Made by a program: the position numbers and the translations under genes. The notes beneath the pieces are model-generated. The model did no database searches, was not told the DNA's origin, and worked only from the letters and a program-made list of their open reading frames with translations. Positions 1-9,869 of a DNA stretch of 64,000 nucleotides are shown piece after piece. The stretch spans positions 190-64,189 of the forward strand of contig JAJPHZ010000007.1 of the NCBI GenBank assembly GCA_021325025.1, written 5' to 3'. Numbering within the stretch: position 1 is the stretch's first letter; every line of letters begins with the position of its first letter. This DNA is from Pseudomonadota bacterium. Lineage in GTDB: Bacteria > Desulfobacterota > Binatia > Binatales > Binataceae.

Positions 1-2
1 TC

Positions 3-1097
3 GAATGGCAGCAGAACGTCAAGGACCCCCAGGAGTTCCTCTCCACGGTCAAGGAGGACCTCTTCCCCGAGGAGGTCTTCGTCTTCACGCCCAAGGGCGA
101 CGTGCTGGATTTTCCGCGCGGCGCGACGATTGTCGACTTCGCCTATCGCATCCATTCCCAGGTCGGCAATCATCTGGTCGGCGCGCGCGTCAACGGGCGG
201 CTGGTGCCGCTGCGCTACAAGCTGGAATCGGGCGACACGGTGGAGGTGCTGACCTCCGACAAGCAGGTGCCGGGCAAGGACTGGCTTAACTGGGCGGCGA
301 CGGCGCGCGCCAAAAGCCGTATCCGCCAGTGGCTGCGGGCGCAGGAATCGCAGCGCTCCATCCAGGTCGCGACCGCGATGCTGGATCACGAACTGGCGCC
401 GCTGGGGCTGACGCTTAACCAGTTGCGCCGCGACGGGCGGCTCGATCAGGCGGTCAAGGAATTTTCCACCCGCGACGTCGATACCTTGCTGGCGCAGGTC
501 GGCTATGGAATCGTCTCCGCCGGTCAGTTGCTGACCAAGGTTCTGACCCCCGAGGAACTGAAGGTCATTCGCGGCGAAAAAGTGCCGCAGGCTCCCGCCG
601 AGCGCCCGTCCAAGGAGGCGCGCAAGGCGGCCAGCGGCGGCGTGGTGGTGTCGGGGTTGGGCGACGTGCTGGTGCGCTTCGCCCATTGCTGCAATCCGCT
701 GCCCGGCGAGCGCATCACCGGCTTCATCACGCGCGGGCGCGGGGTCACGATACATCTGGTCGGATGCCCCCGGGCGCTGGAAACCGACCCGCAGCGGCGT
801 GTGCCGGTGGTATGGAAGGACGGTGAGGAGAGCCCCCATCCGATCCGCCTGGAGGTGCTGTGCGTGGACAAGCCCGGCGTGCTGGCCGCGATCACCAAGA
901 ACATCGCTGCGGCTGGCATCAACATCACCGGCGCGCAGGTCAAAAGCACCGACGTCAACCACCGCTCCTCCTCGCTGTTCGAACTCAACGTTACCAGCGC
1001 CCGCCAATTGAACAGCCTGATGCATTCGATCGCGACCATCGACGGCGTGCTGCGCGTCACGCGCGTCGCCCAGCACAACGGCCATCGCCCGGCGTAG
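3..1097 (+). CDS. relA: 5'-truncated C-terminal part of a bifunctional (p)ppGpp synthetase/hydrolase (RelA/SpoT family), covering the TGS and ACT domains
   Basis: Frame-3 translation runs from the window edge: EWQQNVKDPQEFLSTVKEDLFPEEVFVFTPKGDVLDFPRGATIVDFAYRIHS..., matching the RelA/SpoT TGS region. The C-terminus is ACT-like (LEVLCVDKPGVLAAITKNIAAAGINI). No start codon in window. Confidence 0.8.
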   Translation, partial: EWQQNVKDPQEFLSTVKEDLFPEEVFVFTPKGDVLDFPRGATIVDFAYRIHSQVGNHLVGARVNGRLVPLRYKLESGDTVEVLTSDKQVPGKDWLNWAATARAKSRIRQWLRAQESQRSIQVATAMLDHELAPLGLTLNQLRRDGRLDQAVKEFSTRDVDTLLAQVGYGIVSAGQLLTKVLTPEELKVIRGEKVPQAPAERPSKEARKAASGGVVVSGLGDVLVRFAHCCNPLPGERITGFITRGRGVTIHLVGCPRALETDPQRRVPVVWKDGEESPHPIRLEVLCVDKPGVLAAITKNIAAAGINITGAQVKSTDVNHRSSSLFELNVTSARQLNSLMHSIATIDGVLRVTRVAQHNGHRPA

Positions 1098-1099
1098 GC

Positions 1100-1492
1100 A
1101 TGAAGCAAGCAATCCAGACGCACGCGGCCCCAGCGGCGGTCGGTCCCTACTCGCAGGCAATCGAACTGGACGGCTGGATCTTCTGCTCAGGTCAGATCGG
1201 ACTTGACGCGGCCACGGGCAAGCTGGTCGAGGGTGGAATCGAGGCCGAGACACGCCGCGTGATGGAGAACCTGCGCGAGGTGCTCGACGCGGCCGGCGCA
1301 CGGCTTGCCGATGTGGTCAAGGCCACCATATTTCTGACTGACCTCAAGGACTTCGAGACCGTCAACCGCATCTACAGCGAGCATTTCGAACAGCCCTACC
1401 CGGCCCGCTCCACAGTGCAGGTCTCCGCGCTCCCGCGCGGCGCCCGTGTCGAAATCGAAGTCATCGCGCGCCGTTCCAGCGCCGTCCCCTAA
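1100..1492 (+). CDS. ridA: RidA/YjgF-family reactive enamine/imine deaminase
   Basis: 130 aa starting MKQAIQTHAAPAAVGPYSQAIELDGWIFCSGQIGLD..., the typical RidA signature (GPYSQA, FLTD). ATG lies 3 nt after the relA stop. Confidence 0.8.
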   Translation: MKQAIQTHAAPAAVGPYSQAIELDGWIFCSGQIGLDAATGKLVEGGIEAETRRVMENLREVLDAAGARLADVVKATIFLTDLKDFETVNRIYSEHFEQPYPARSTVQVSALPRGARVEIEVIARRSSAVP

Positions 1493-1612
1493 CGCCGCTA
1501 ACCGTACGCCGCCGGGCTGGTAGCCTTGAACAGCGGCCGGAAAGCGGGGCAAGCTTCCGATCAGGATTGGGCAAAAGCGTTTGGGCCGCAAACTCGACTA
1601 TCGGAGGACGAT

Positions 1613-2812
1613 ATGGCCACGGCGAATCAGCAGCCGACGGCGGCAGGACGGGAGTCGTTGGCGGGAATCAAGGTAATCGACGTCGATACCCATTTCACCG
1701 AGCCACACAACCTGTGGACCTCCCGGGCGCCGGCCAAATGGAAGGAGCGCGTTCCGCAGGTCAAAGTCGTCGACGGCAAGCGGCAGTGGATCATCGACGG
1801 CGACCGGCCGATGGGCGCCGCCAATCCTTCCAGTGTGGTCAAGCCCGACGGCGCCAAGGCCAAAGGCATCGAGTTCCTGAAATGGGAAATCGAGGAGGTC
1901 CATCCCGGATCCTATGACGTGAAGCCCCGGCTTGAGTTCATGGACGGGGAAGGGATTTGGGCCCAAATCATCTATCCCAACCTGCTTGGCTTTGGGGGTC
2001 TGCGCGCCGCGACGCTCGATCCCGAACTGCGCCTTTTGTGCACGCAGATTTTCAACGACGCAATGGCGGAGATTCAGGAGCAGTCCGGTAACCGGATGTT
2101 TCCGATGGCGCTGATGCCGTGGTGGGACATGGAGGCCACGCTTAAGGAGGTGCAGCGTTGCCACAAGATGGGCCTTAAGGGCATCAACACCAACTCCAGC
2201 CCCCACGACCATAAGGTGCCCGACCTCGGCGAGCCCCACTGGGATCCACTGTGGGAGTTGTGCTCCGACCTCAACCTGCCGATCAACTTCCATATCGGCT
2301 CGAGTACCGAAGGCATCGACTGGTTCGGCAAGGCGCCGTGGCCCTCGCAATCGGTCGACCGCAGGATTGCGCTGGGCTCGACCATGCTGTTCATGCATAA
2401 CGCCCAGGTCTTCGCCAACATCATCTACTCGGGGCTGCTGGAGCGTTTCCCCAGGCTTAAGTTCGTGTCGGTGGAAAGCGGCGTGGGCTGGATGCCGTTT
2501 TTACTCGAAACGCTGGACTACGAGCTTGAGGAAGCGGCGCCGCGCGCCAAGAAGATTCTCACCATGAAGCCCTCCGAGTATTTCAAACGCAATATCTACT
2601 CGTGCTTCTGGTTCGAGGACCAGGGCCTGCACAATGCGATCAGGGCGGTGGGTGTGGACAACCTCATGTTCGAGACCGACTTTCCCCATCCCACCTGCCT
2701 GTATCCCAACGCGCTGGACCATGTCGCACACACGCTGGGAGATTTCGACTTCGAGACCAGGCGCAAGCTGCTGAGCACCAACGCGTCGCGAGTGTACTCG
2801 ATCCCGGTGTAA
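1613..2812 (+). CDS. Amidohydrolase-2 family protein (PF04909-like metal-dependent hydrolase)
   Basis: GGAGGA RBS 7 nt upstream of ATG at 1613. IDVDTHFTEPHNLW... and HxH/D metal-binding pattern (FETDFPHP). Paralog of the 3124..4320 gene. Confidence 0.7.
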   Translation: MATANQQPTAAGRESLAGIKVIDVDTHFTEPHNLWTSRAPAKWKERVPQVKVVDGKRQWIIDGDRPMGAANPSSVVKPDGAKAKGIEFLKWEIEEVHPGSYDVKPRLEFMDGEGIWAQIIYPNLLGFGGLRAATLDPELRLLCTQIFNDAMAEIQEQSGNRMFPMALMPWWDMEATLKEVQRCHKMGLKGINTNSSPHDHKVPDLGEPHWDPLWELCSDLNLPINFHIGSSTEGIDWFGKAPWPSQSVDRRIALGSTMLFMHNAQVFANIIYSGLLERFPRLKFVSVESGVGWMPFLLETLDYELEEAAPRAKKILTMKPSEYFKRNIYSCFWFEDQGLHNAIRAVGVDNLMFETDFPHPTCLYPNALDHVAHTLGDFDFETRRKLLSTNASRVYSIPV

Positions 2813-3123
2813 GCCGCGTTCCAGCAGAAAAAGAACCAGAAAAGAACCGGCGCGGAGGCCGGCGCTACAGAAATGGAGAGGTTGGCTTAATTCGTGCCGA
2901 CCTCCGTGGCGGTTCTTGTGCCGCGGATCGCAAAGTTTGAGCTTGTGTCCGTCCCCGCCGCGCCAGTCTTGACGCCGCCGCACGCGACGTTGTGTATTAG
3001 GTGAACGCCGGGGCAGAAAACAGTACCGGCGGCGGGGTGGGGCCTCTTGGCATCCGGCGGTCTGCATCTGGGGATAAGCGGCCAACCGCCTTCGCTACAA
3101 TTTCAGGCTCGTGGAGGAAAATA

Positions 3124-4320
3124 ATGGCCACTGCACATCAGGCGTCGCCCGGAGCGGCTCGTGATTCGATCGCCGGCATCAAGGTGATCGACGTCGATAC
3201 CCATCTGAGCGAGCCCTACGACCTGTGGAGCTCTCGCGCACCGGCCAAATGGAAGGAGCGCGTCCCGCAGGTCAAAACCATCGACAACAAACGTCAGTGG
3301 GTGATCGACGCCAAAACCGTGATGGGCCCCGCTGCCGCGGTCAGCGTGGTGCGCGCCGATGGCGCCAAGGCCCAAGGCGTCGAGTTTTTCACCTGGCCGC
3401 TGGAAGACGTCCATGCCGGATGTCACACTATCAAGCCGCGCCTTGAGTTCATGGACAGTGAGGGCATCTGGGCGCAAATCCTGTATCCCAACCTGCTGGG
3501 GTTCGGCGGGCAGCGCGCCGCCGGCTTCGATCCCGAGCTGCGCCTGATCTGTACGCAGATCTACAACGATGCGATGGCGGAATTTCAGCAGGAATCCGGC
3601 CAGCGCATCTTCGGGATGGCACTGATGCCGTGGTGGGACGTAAAGGAAGCGGTCAAGGAGACCATCCGCTGTCACAAGATGGGACTCAAGGGCATCAACA
3701 CCAACTCCTGCCCGCAGGACCATGGAATTCCCGACCTCGGCCAGGACTATTGGCATCCGCTATGGGAGGTGTGTTCGGACCTGGGCATGCCGATCAACTT
3801 TCACATCGGCAACAGCACAGAGTCGATGGACTTCTTCGGCAAGTCTTGCTGGCCCTCCCAGACCCCGGAGATGAAGCTGGCGCTGGGCTCGACGCTGCTG
3901 TTCCTGCACAACGCCGGAGTGTTTGCCAACATCATCTATTCCGGCATCCTGGAGCGGTTCCCCAAGCTTAAGTTCGTGTCGGTGGAAAGCGGGATCGGCT
4001 GGATGCCGTTTTTGCTCGACGCGCTGGACTGGGAGTTCAACGAGGTCGATCCGCGCTCCAAGCATCTCACCATGAAGCCGTCGGATTACTTTCGCCGGCA
4101 GATTTACGCGTGCTTTTGGTTTGAAACCAAGGCTTTCAGGACGGCGCTGGATGTAATCGGCGAGGACAACATCATGTTCGAAACCGATTTCCCCCATCCG
4201 ACCTGCCTGTATCCCAAGGCCCTGGATCACGCCCTCCACACCCTGGAGGGACTGAGCCTGGAGACCAAGCGCAAGCTGCTCAGCGGCAACGCGTCGCGGG
4301 TGTATTCGATCCCGGTGTAG
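3124..4320 (+). CDS. Amidohydrolase-2 family protein, tandem paralog of 1613..2812
   Basis: GGAGGA RBS before ATG 3124. About 70% identical over the full length to the upstream gene (IDVDTHLSEPYDLWSSRAPAKWKERVPQVK...). Confidence 0.7.
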   Translation: MATAHQASPGAARDSIAGIKVIDVDTHLSEPYDLWSSRAPAKWKERVPQVKTIDNKRQWVIDAKTVMGPAAAVSVVRADGAKAQGVEFFTWPLEDVHAGCHTIKPRLEFMDSEGIWAQILYPNLLGFGGQRAAGFDPELRLICTQIYNDAMAEFQQESGQRIFGMALMPWWDVKEAVKETIRCHKMGLKGINTNSCPQDHGIPDLGQDYWHPLWEVCSDLGMPINFHIGNSTESMDFFGKSCWPSQTPEMKLALGSTLLFLHNAGVFANIIYSGILERFPKLKFVSVESGIGWMPFLLDALDWEFNEVDPRSKHLTMKPSDYFRRQIYACFWFETKAFRTALDVIGEDNIMFETDFPHPTCLYPKALDHALHTLEGLSLETKRKLLSGNASRVYSIPV

Positions 4321-4330
4321 TTCTGCGAAC

Positions 4331-4406
4331 GCCTCTCCCACACCCACGGTTTGTGGGAGAGGCGCATCCCTCTCCCCCTCTGGCTGTGACTGGGAGAGGG
4401 GAGGGC
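4331..4406. terminator. Two tandem GC-rich hairpins between convergent genes (12-bp perfect stem gcctctcccaca/tgtgggagaggc, then a ccctctcccc/ggggagaggg stem); likely bidirectional transcription stop
   Basis: Inverted repeats read directly in the sequence. There is no U-tract, so the call is hairpin-only. Confidence 0.45.
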
Positions 4407-4425
4407 GGGTGGTGCACTTCGATCT

Positions 4426-4830
4426 TTAGGCGATATCCTCGAAACGCACTTCGTCGCCGGCACGCGTGGCGGCGCGCTGTGCCGCGCCGGCCTCCAGCTC
4501 CAGGACGCTGTGCGCGCCGAGCACCGGCGCCGTCAGCCGCCATGGCTTGACGGCCGGCATCAGGCGGATGATGCGGCCGCTGCGGCCCAAAAATACCAAA
4601 TCGATAGGAAAGCGCATGAAAAAGGTGTGAATCCACAGCATCGGGAGCAGCGGTCCGGAGCCGATCAACAATCCGGCGCCGGGGGCGAGCGCCTCCCGAC
4701 CCATCAGGCCCCGGCCGCGCGCAATCGCGCTGGCGGCCTCCTCTACGGACGCACATAAAACGCTACCGCGCGTAATGTTAATCGCCCGCCTCACGCGCTT
4801 GAGGTTGCAGCAGCGTGCGCACATTTGCAA
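4426..4830 (-). CDS. DUF192 domain protein (COG1430-like)
   Basis: ARGRGLMGR...FWMKNT-like FFMRFPIDLVFL...VLELEAG pattern typical of DUF192. Confidence 0.55.
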   Translation of the reverse strand: MQMCARCCNLKRVRRAINITRGSVLCASVEEAASAIARGRGLMGREALAPGAGLLIGSGPLLPMLWIHTFFMRFPIDLVFLGRSGRIIRLMPAVKPWRLTAPVLGAHSVLELEAGAAQRAATRAGDEVRFEDIA

Positions 4831-5069
4831 GCGTCACCACCTCACGCGCGCAAGCGTCCGGACCTTGCCAGTCTTACCAACGTGGTGCGGGTGCCGCTTG
4901 GCGGCCTGCCAACTCTTTGGCGGAGCGCGGTTTGACACATAGTGACGGCCGCAGTCGCTCGTCCGATTCCGGACGCCGATTGTTCGCCGCGAACGGGCAG
5001 ATTAAGCTAATGCCGCCTCGTGCTTGGGCCGAGGCGGCGGGGAACTCTGATAGGCAAAGGAGGCCTGTG

Positions 5070-5798
5070 GTGAAACGTCGTCCCGGTTTTTGGCTAGCGA
5101 TGCTGATTGCCTGCTGTGTTGCGTGCAGCAGCGGCGTTGCGCGCGCCCAGATAAGCGTTACCGTGACCCACTCGGTCGCCATCGTGGTAAGCGGGGGTTC
5201 CAGCATCTCCGACGCCGGCGACTTCACGGTGACCAATTCCAGCGGCGCAACCATCACCATCAATTCAATCAATCTTTCGGCCACGGCGCCCGGGATTTTT
5301 TCCTCCCTGTCGATGACCGGCCAGGTGCCGGGATCCTCCGCGGTGGTGGTGCAAAGCGATCCTAATCCGCCCGGGACCTCGAACACCTTCAGCTTTGCCG
5401 CGCTGCCCGCTCTGCCCAACGGTCAGACCGCGACCTTCACACTCTCGGGGACGGCCGCTTCGTCGCCGACCGCGACTCCGTCCGCCACTTTGATCGAGCT
5501 GCAGAGAAAACACCCCACCTATGCCGGCGTGCTGTGGCCACTGCCGGGAGGGCTGAAGATGCCGGCCGGCCTGCTCACCGCCCTGGCGCTGGGAATGCTG
5601 TTGATGACCGGCAAGCTGCGCCGCCGGCATCTGATCCTGCTGGCGATCGCGATGGTGCTGGCGGCCACCGAGGTGGGATGCGGCAGTGGATCGAACTTCG
5701 GCGGAACCTCGCTTCAGACCGTGCAGACCATCACGGTCAGTTCCGGCGGCACACCCACCGGTTTGCCCGCCGAGCTGGGGTCGATCACGGTGCAGTAG
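5070..5798 (+). CDS. Putative lipoprotein with Ser/Thr-rich beta-domain and a conserved C-terminal dual-helix module shared with the S53 peptidase at 20738..23206
   Basis: AGGAGG RBS before GTG 5070. N-terminal signal with lipobox (LIACCVAC). FTVTN...ATAPGIFS...TATFTLSGTA motifs. C-terminal TM helix, RRRH, second helix ending EVGCGSGS. Confidence 0.55.
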   Translation: MKRRPGFWLAMLIACCVACSSGVARAQISVTVTHSVAIVVSGGSSISDAGDFTVTNSSGATITINSINLSATAPGIFSSLSMTGQVPGSSAVVVQSDPNPPGTSNTFSFAALPALPNGQTATFTLSGTAASSPTATPSATLIELQRKHPTYAGVLWPLPGGLKMPAGLLTALALGMLLMTGKLRRRHLILLAIAMVLAATEVGCGSGSNFGGTSLQTVQTITVSSGGTPTGLPAELGSITVQ

Positions 5799-5803
5799 CC
5801 GGG

Positions 5804-6250
5804 CTACTCGCTGAGCAGATCGGCCAGCACCTCGGCGGCATGGATCCTGGGATCGACCTGCGGATAGGCGCGCAGGATTTTGCCCCGCTCGTCAATCACG
5901 TAGCTGATGCGCTCGGCGTGTGCGGCTTTGGCGCTGGCGCACGCCCCGTAAGCCATTCCCACCTTGCGCTCGGTGTCGCACAACAAGAGGAAGGGAAAGC
6001 TGAACTTTCTGGCAAAGGCGGCGTTGTCCTCGACGCTGTCGAAACTCACCCCGAGCACGACGACCCCATGCTCCTCGAAATAGCTGTACTGGTCGCGAAT
6101 GCTGCATCCCTCGGCGGTGCAGCCGGGTGTAGCGGCCTGCGGGTAGAACCACAGCAGGACCTTCCTGCCGCGCAGGCTCGACAGGCGCAGCGGCTCGCCC
6201 TGGTGGGTCATGGCGGTGAAGTCAGGGGCGTCGTCGCCGGGCTTCAGCAT
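5804..6250 (-). CDS. bcp: Peroxiredoxin Bcp (thiol peroxidase, AhpC/TSA family)
   Basis: APDFTAMTHQGEPLRLSSLRGRKVLLWFYPQAATPGCTAEGC, the canonical Bcp active-site context. Confidence 0.85.
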   Translation of the reverse strand: MLKPGDDAPDFTAMTHQGEPLRLSSLRGRKVLLWFYPQAATPGCTAEGCSIRDQYSYFEEHGVVVLGVSFDSVEDNAAFARKFSFPFLLLCDTERKVGMAYGACASAKAAHAERISYVIDERGKILRAYPQVDPRIHAAEVLADLLSE

Positions 6251-6348
6251 CGGCGTTTCCTCCTGTTGATCAACGATACCCTTGCATGGGCACGCCGTGA
6301 AAGGCGCGATGGAATCGGGCGGCGGGTCTCTGGTAAGTTGGCAAAACG

Positions 6349-7839
6349 ATGAACCACCAGGGCGAACTCGAGTTCGGCGTGCGCAAGCCCAGGGCGCTGA
6401 GCGTCAGCCAGTTGGTGCGCATGGTGCGCGAATCGCTGGAGTCGAATCTCGACCAATGCTGGGTAGTGGGCGAGGTTTCCAACGCCCGCCTTGCGCCCTC
6501 GGGCCACCTCTACCTGACGCTCAAGGACGCGCGCAGCGCGATCGCGGTGGTGATGTTCCGCAGCGCCTCGGAGCGGCTGCGTTTTCGGGTCAACGACGGC
6601 CTGCAGGTGCTGGTCCGCGGGCGGGTCAGCCTGTACGAAGCGCGCGGCACACTGCAGTTTTATGCCGAAGAAATCCAGCCGCGCGGCCTGGGTGCGCTGC
6701 AACTGGCCTTCGAGCAGCTCAAGCAGAAGCTGGCCGCCGAGGGATTGTTCGACGTGGCGCGCAAACGCCCGGTTCCGTTTTTGCCGCGCACCGTGGGAAT
6801 CGTCACCGCGCTGGGCGGCGCTGCGCTGCGTGACATGCTGTTTATCCTGATGGGCCGCAATCCCAACCTCCATGTGCTGATCCGGCCCACGCGGGTGCAG
6901 GGAGCGGGCGCCGCGGCCGACGTGGCGGCGGGGTTGGACGAGCTCAATCGCGACGGGCGCTGCGAGGTGATTATCGTGGGGCGGGGCGGCGGCTCGCTGG
7001 AAGACCTGTGGGCCTTTAACGAGGAGATCGTCGCGCGCGCCATCCGCCGCTCCGCCATCCCGGTGATTTCCGCGGTCGGCCATGAGATCGATTACACGAT
7101 TGCCGATTTTGCCGCCGATGTGCGCGCCCCCACGCCGACCGCGGCGGCCCATCTGGCCACCGCCAGCAAGGAGGAACTCAAGCAACGCGTGGATGAAACC
7201 GCGGCCACGCTGGTTGGCGCGATGCGCGGCGTCGTGGCGGCCTATCGTAAGGACGTTGCCCAGCTCGCACGCAGGGTACGCAATCCAGCGGCGCAGCTTC
7301 GCCAAAACCGCCAACGCGTGGACGACGCCGCAGGAGCGCTCAATGCCGCCGCGCTGCGCGCTTTGCACGATCGGCGCAGCCGGGTCACGCATCTGGCGCA
7401 GCGGCTGCGCGCTCCGCTGGACGTGGCGCGCGAACTGCGCAACCGCGCCGCGCGTGCCGCTCTGCATCTGGCGCACCGCCTGTCCGCGATGGTGCAGGCA
7501 CGGCGGGTTCAAACCGCCCGCGCGGCGGTAAATCTGGGACGCTCCTCACTGCCGCAGCGCGCCGGCGCTCATCGGCGCGAACTGGCCGCCCACACTGAAC
7601 ATCTGATCGGAAGGATGCACCGCGCCGTGGAGATGCGCCGCCATCGACTGGCGCAGCTTGCCGCGCGCCTGGACTCGCTGTCACCACTCAAGGTGCTCGA
7701 GCGCGGCTACGCGGTGGCCGTCAATCTACGCGACGGACACGCCATCACCGACGCCGCGTCGGTGGAGATCGGCGACGAGCTCGAGGTGCGTGTAAATCGC
7801 GGGCGCATCCGCGCCGTGACCAGCGCGCGCCAGACATGA
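6349..7839 (+). CDS. xseA: Exodeoxyribonuclease VII large subunit
   Basis: OB-fold N-terminus, then GIVTALGGAALRDM...IIVGRGGGSLEDLWAFNEE...ISAVGHEIDYTIADFAAD. Followed directly by xseB. Confidence 0.85.
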   Translation: MNHQGELEFGVRKPRALSVSQLVRMVRESLESNLDQCWVVGEVSNARLAPSGHLYLTLKDARSAIAVVMFRSASERLRFRVNDGLQVLVRGRVSLYEARGTLQFYAEEIQPRGLGALQLAFEQLKQKLAAEGLFDVARKRPVPFLPRTVGIVTALGGAALRDMLFILMGRNPNLHVLIRPTRVQGAGAAADVAAGLDELNRDGRCEVIIVGRGGGSLEDLWAFNEEIVARAIRRSAIPVISAVGHEIDYTIADFAADVRAPTPTAAAHLATASKEELKQRVDETAATLVGAMRGVVAAYRKDVAQLARRVRNPAAQLRQNRQRVDDAAGALNAAALRALHDRRSRVTHLAQRLRAPLDVARELRNRAARAALHLAHRLSAMVQARRVQTARAAVNLGRSSLPQRAGAHRRELAAHTEHLIGRMHRAVEMRRHRLAQLAARLDSLSPLKVLERGYAVAVNLRDGHAITDAASVEIGDELEVRVNRGRIRAVTSARQT

Positions 7840-7847
7840 TTTGAACC

Positions 7848-8105
7848 ATGGCGAACCAGGAAAAAAAATTCGAAGACGAACTCAAGGAGCTCGAAGACAC
7901 CGTGGCGCGGATCGACAGCGGCGAACTGTCGCTGGAAGAATCGATCCAGGCCTTCGAGCACGGCGTCGCGCTGGTGCGCTCGCTCAATCAGAAGCTCGAC
8001 GAAGCGGAGAAGAAGATCGAGGTCCTCGTCCGCGACAGCCAGGGTGAGCTGCGCACCACGCCCTACCGCGTCGAAGCAAAAAACGGCGGCGAGGAAGAAG
8101 AATAG
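7848..8105 (+). CDS. xseB: Exodeoxyribonuclease VII small subunit
   Basis: 85 aa, FEDELKELEDTVARIDSGELSLEESIQAFEHGVALVRSLNQKL, typical XseB. 8 nt after xseA. Confidence 0.85.
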   Translation: MANQEKKFEDELKELEDTVARIDSGELSLEESIQAFEHGVALVRSLNQKLDEAEKKIEVLVRDSQGELRTTPYRVEAKNGGEEEE

Positions 8106-8206
8106 TCATGAGCTTCTCCCCCGGCAGGGTACAAGCGCCGGACCAAACGGGAGACTTGTTTTCGCTGCGGGTGGTGGGTCGGTAGGTTGCGGCTCGCTTT
8201 GAGTTG

Positions 8207-9658
8207 TCATGCGCTTGCGCCTGCCTGTTCGGAAGCCGCCTGCAGGTGGCCCTCGCGCACCGCTTTTACAAACAGTTTATAATCGCGCTCGGTCTGATCG
8301 GCGTAGTCAAGCGCGAACTGAGCGACTGCCGTATCGAAGGTGTCTTTGGTCCCGAGATAACCGGAAATCTCCGGTGCGCCGCCTGAACGGGCGTGCGCCT
8401 GGGCGAGGACCTGGCCGCATCGCACCCCGTAGTTCCTGAACACCAGGGGCTTCATCTCATGCACCAGCGGAGCGATCTTCATGTCGCGCAACTGGCGGAC
8501 GTAGAAATCGCGCCCACGCATGTCGCCGTGCGTCCAGCCCAGCAGCATGTCGCCCGCCGATTGCATCAGGCGCTGTCCCGCCGCCACGCGCTGGCCGTGG
8601 TTGGGGTATGCGCTCGGGCCCGCGTAAGGCTCCAGCACCGAAGCTCTGGCTTCCTTGAACTGAAGAAACAGCGGGTCGTTCTCGGCGGCCATGAACAGGG
8701 CGACGGCGCAGGTTGTGCCGACGCTGCCGACCCCGACCACCTTGAGCGCGACGTCGCACAGTTGGAAGCGCTCGAACAGGGCGCGGCAATGGTCGGGCAG
8801 CGAGCGGCGGTAAAGTTCCAGCGCCGTGCTCATCGCCTCCTGAAATTCCCGGCTGCGCTGGCGTTCGGAATGGAAGATCAGCGGCGGATTGTCCTTGATA
8901 CGCGGGATGGAGCCGCTATTTTCGGCCAGCCGGGGGAAGTCGTGGTCGTAAGCTCCGCGCCGGCGCGCCTTTTCGATCCGTGTCCGCAAAAATTTCTGAT
9001 GGCGTTTGTCCTGCATCTCGGCGACGAACTGATCGGCATCGCCCCTGTGGTACCAGATTTCCAACTGGCGCATGCGCGCAAACTGCGCCATCTGCTCGCG
9101 ATATGCACCCACCACCGCGGCGGCGGCGCCGGCGCATCCGTCCCGATCCAGACCAAGCTGGCGCCCTGCAACGGCGAAACTTGCGGCCAGCCGCTTGACA
9201 TCCCATTCGAACGGCGCCGGCAGTGTTTCGTCGAAGTCGTTGATGTCGAAGATGAGCCGGCGCTCGGGCGTGGCGAAGCCGCCGAAGTTGAGCAGATGGC
9301 AGTCGCCGCAGGCCTGGACGCGGATGCCGCTGGAGGGGGTACGCGCGAGGTCGGCCGCCATGATGGCCGCCGCGCCGCGGAAAAAAGCGAATGCCGATGG
9401 CAGCATCCGCCCGTGTCGAATCGGTACGAGGTGCGGCAGGCGTCCGTGGTTGGACGCGATCAGAAGCTCGATCGGGTCGGCCCGGTCCGCCGGCGCCGTC
9501 CACCCGGCATGACTGCGGCGCGGCACCGCTTCGCGCAGCGCCTTGCCCGCCGCACGGCGCTGTTCAGGAGATTGGTAAGGTGCGGTTGTGAGATCGGCAG
9601 AGGGCGCTTCGCCGCTGCGCGCCAAAGTCGCGTTCTGATGCATCGTCCACGTGACCAT
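8207..9658 (-). CDS. DUF2252-family protein (uncharacterized)
   Basis: 483 aa with QRLMQ / FYVRQLRD motifs recalled for DUF2252. No other assignable domain. Confidence 0.5.
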   Translation of the reverse strand: MVTWTMHQNATLARSGEAPSADLTTAPYQSPEQRRAAGKALREAVPRRSHAGWTAPADRADPIELLIASNHGRLPHLVPIRHGRMLPSAFAFFRGAAAIMAADLARTPSSGIRVQACGDCHLLNFGGFATPERRLIFDINDFDETLPAPFEWDVKRLAASFAVAGRQLGLDRDGCAGAAAAVVGAYREQMAQFARMRQLEIWYHRGDADQFVAEMQDKRHQKFLRTRIEKARRRGAYDHDFPRLAENSGSIPRIKDNPPLIFHSERQRSREFQEAMSTALELYRRSLPDHCRALFERFQLCDVALKVVGVGSVGTTCAVALFMAAENDPLFLQFKEARASVLEPYAGPSAYPNHGQRVAAGQRLMQSAGDMLLGWTHGDMRGRDFYVRQLRDMKIAPLVHEMKPLVFRNYGVRCGQVLAQAHARSGGAPEISGYLGTKDTFDTAVAQFALDYADQTERDYKLFVKAVREGHLQAASEQAGASA

Positions 9659-9869
9659 CGGCTAAGCAACCGTCATTGCCGTCTACCCACATTCAGATAG
9701 CCCAACCTCAGAGTTGCGGTAAAGTTTCGCCAAGGGCGACGGCAGCGCCGGTGATCGGGCCCAGCGATGCGGGAACCGATCGACTGCTGTCTGAACAACG
9801 CGGTCAAGCAAAGGTCGCCGCAGGCGCAACCGCACCCGGGCCGTTGTGGCCGGCCGCCCGCGACTTCGT

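Noticed and set aside
6244-7512. 422-aa ORF antisense to xseA
   Set aside because: Arg/Ala/Gly-rich low-complexity translation typical of shadow ORFs in high-GC DNA. xseA on the opposite strand has clear family motifs.
8106-8206. Possible terminator hairpin after xseB
   Set aside because: Only short imperfect stems (ccggc...gccgg) and no T-run, so not convincing.
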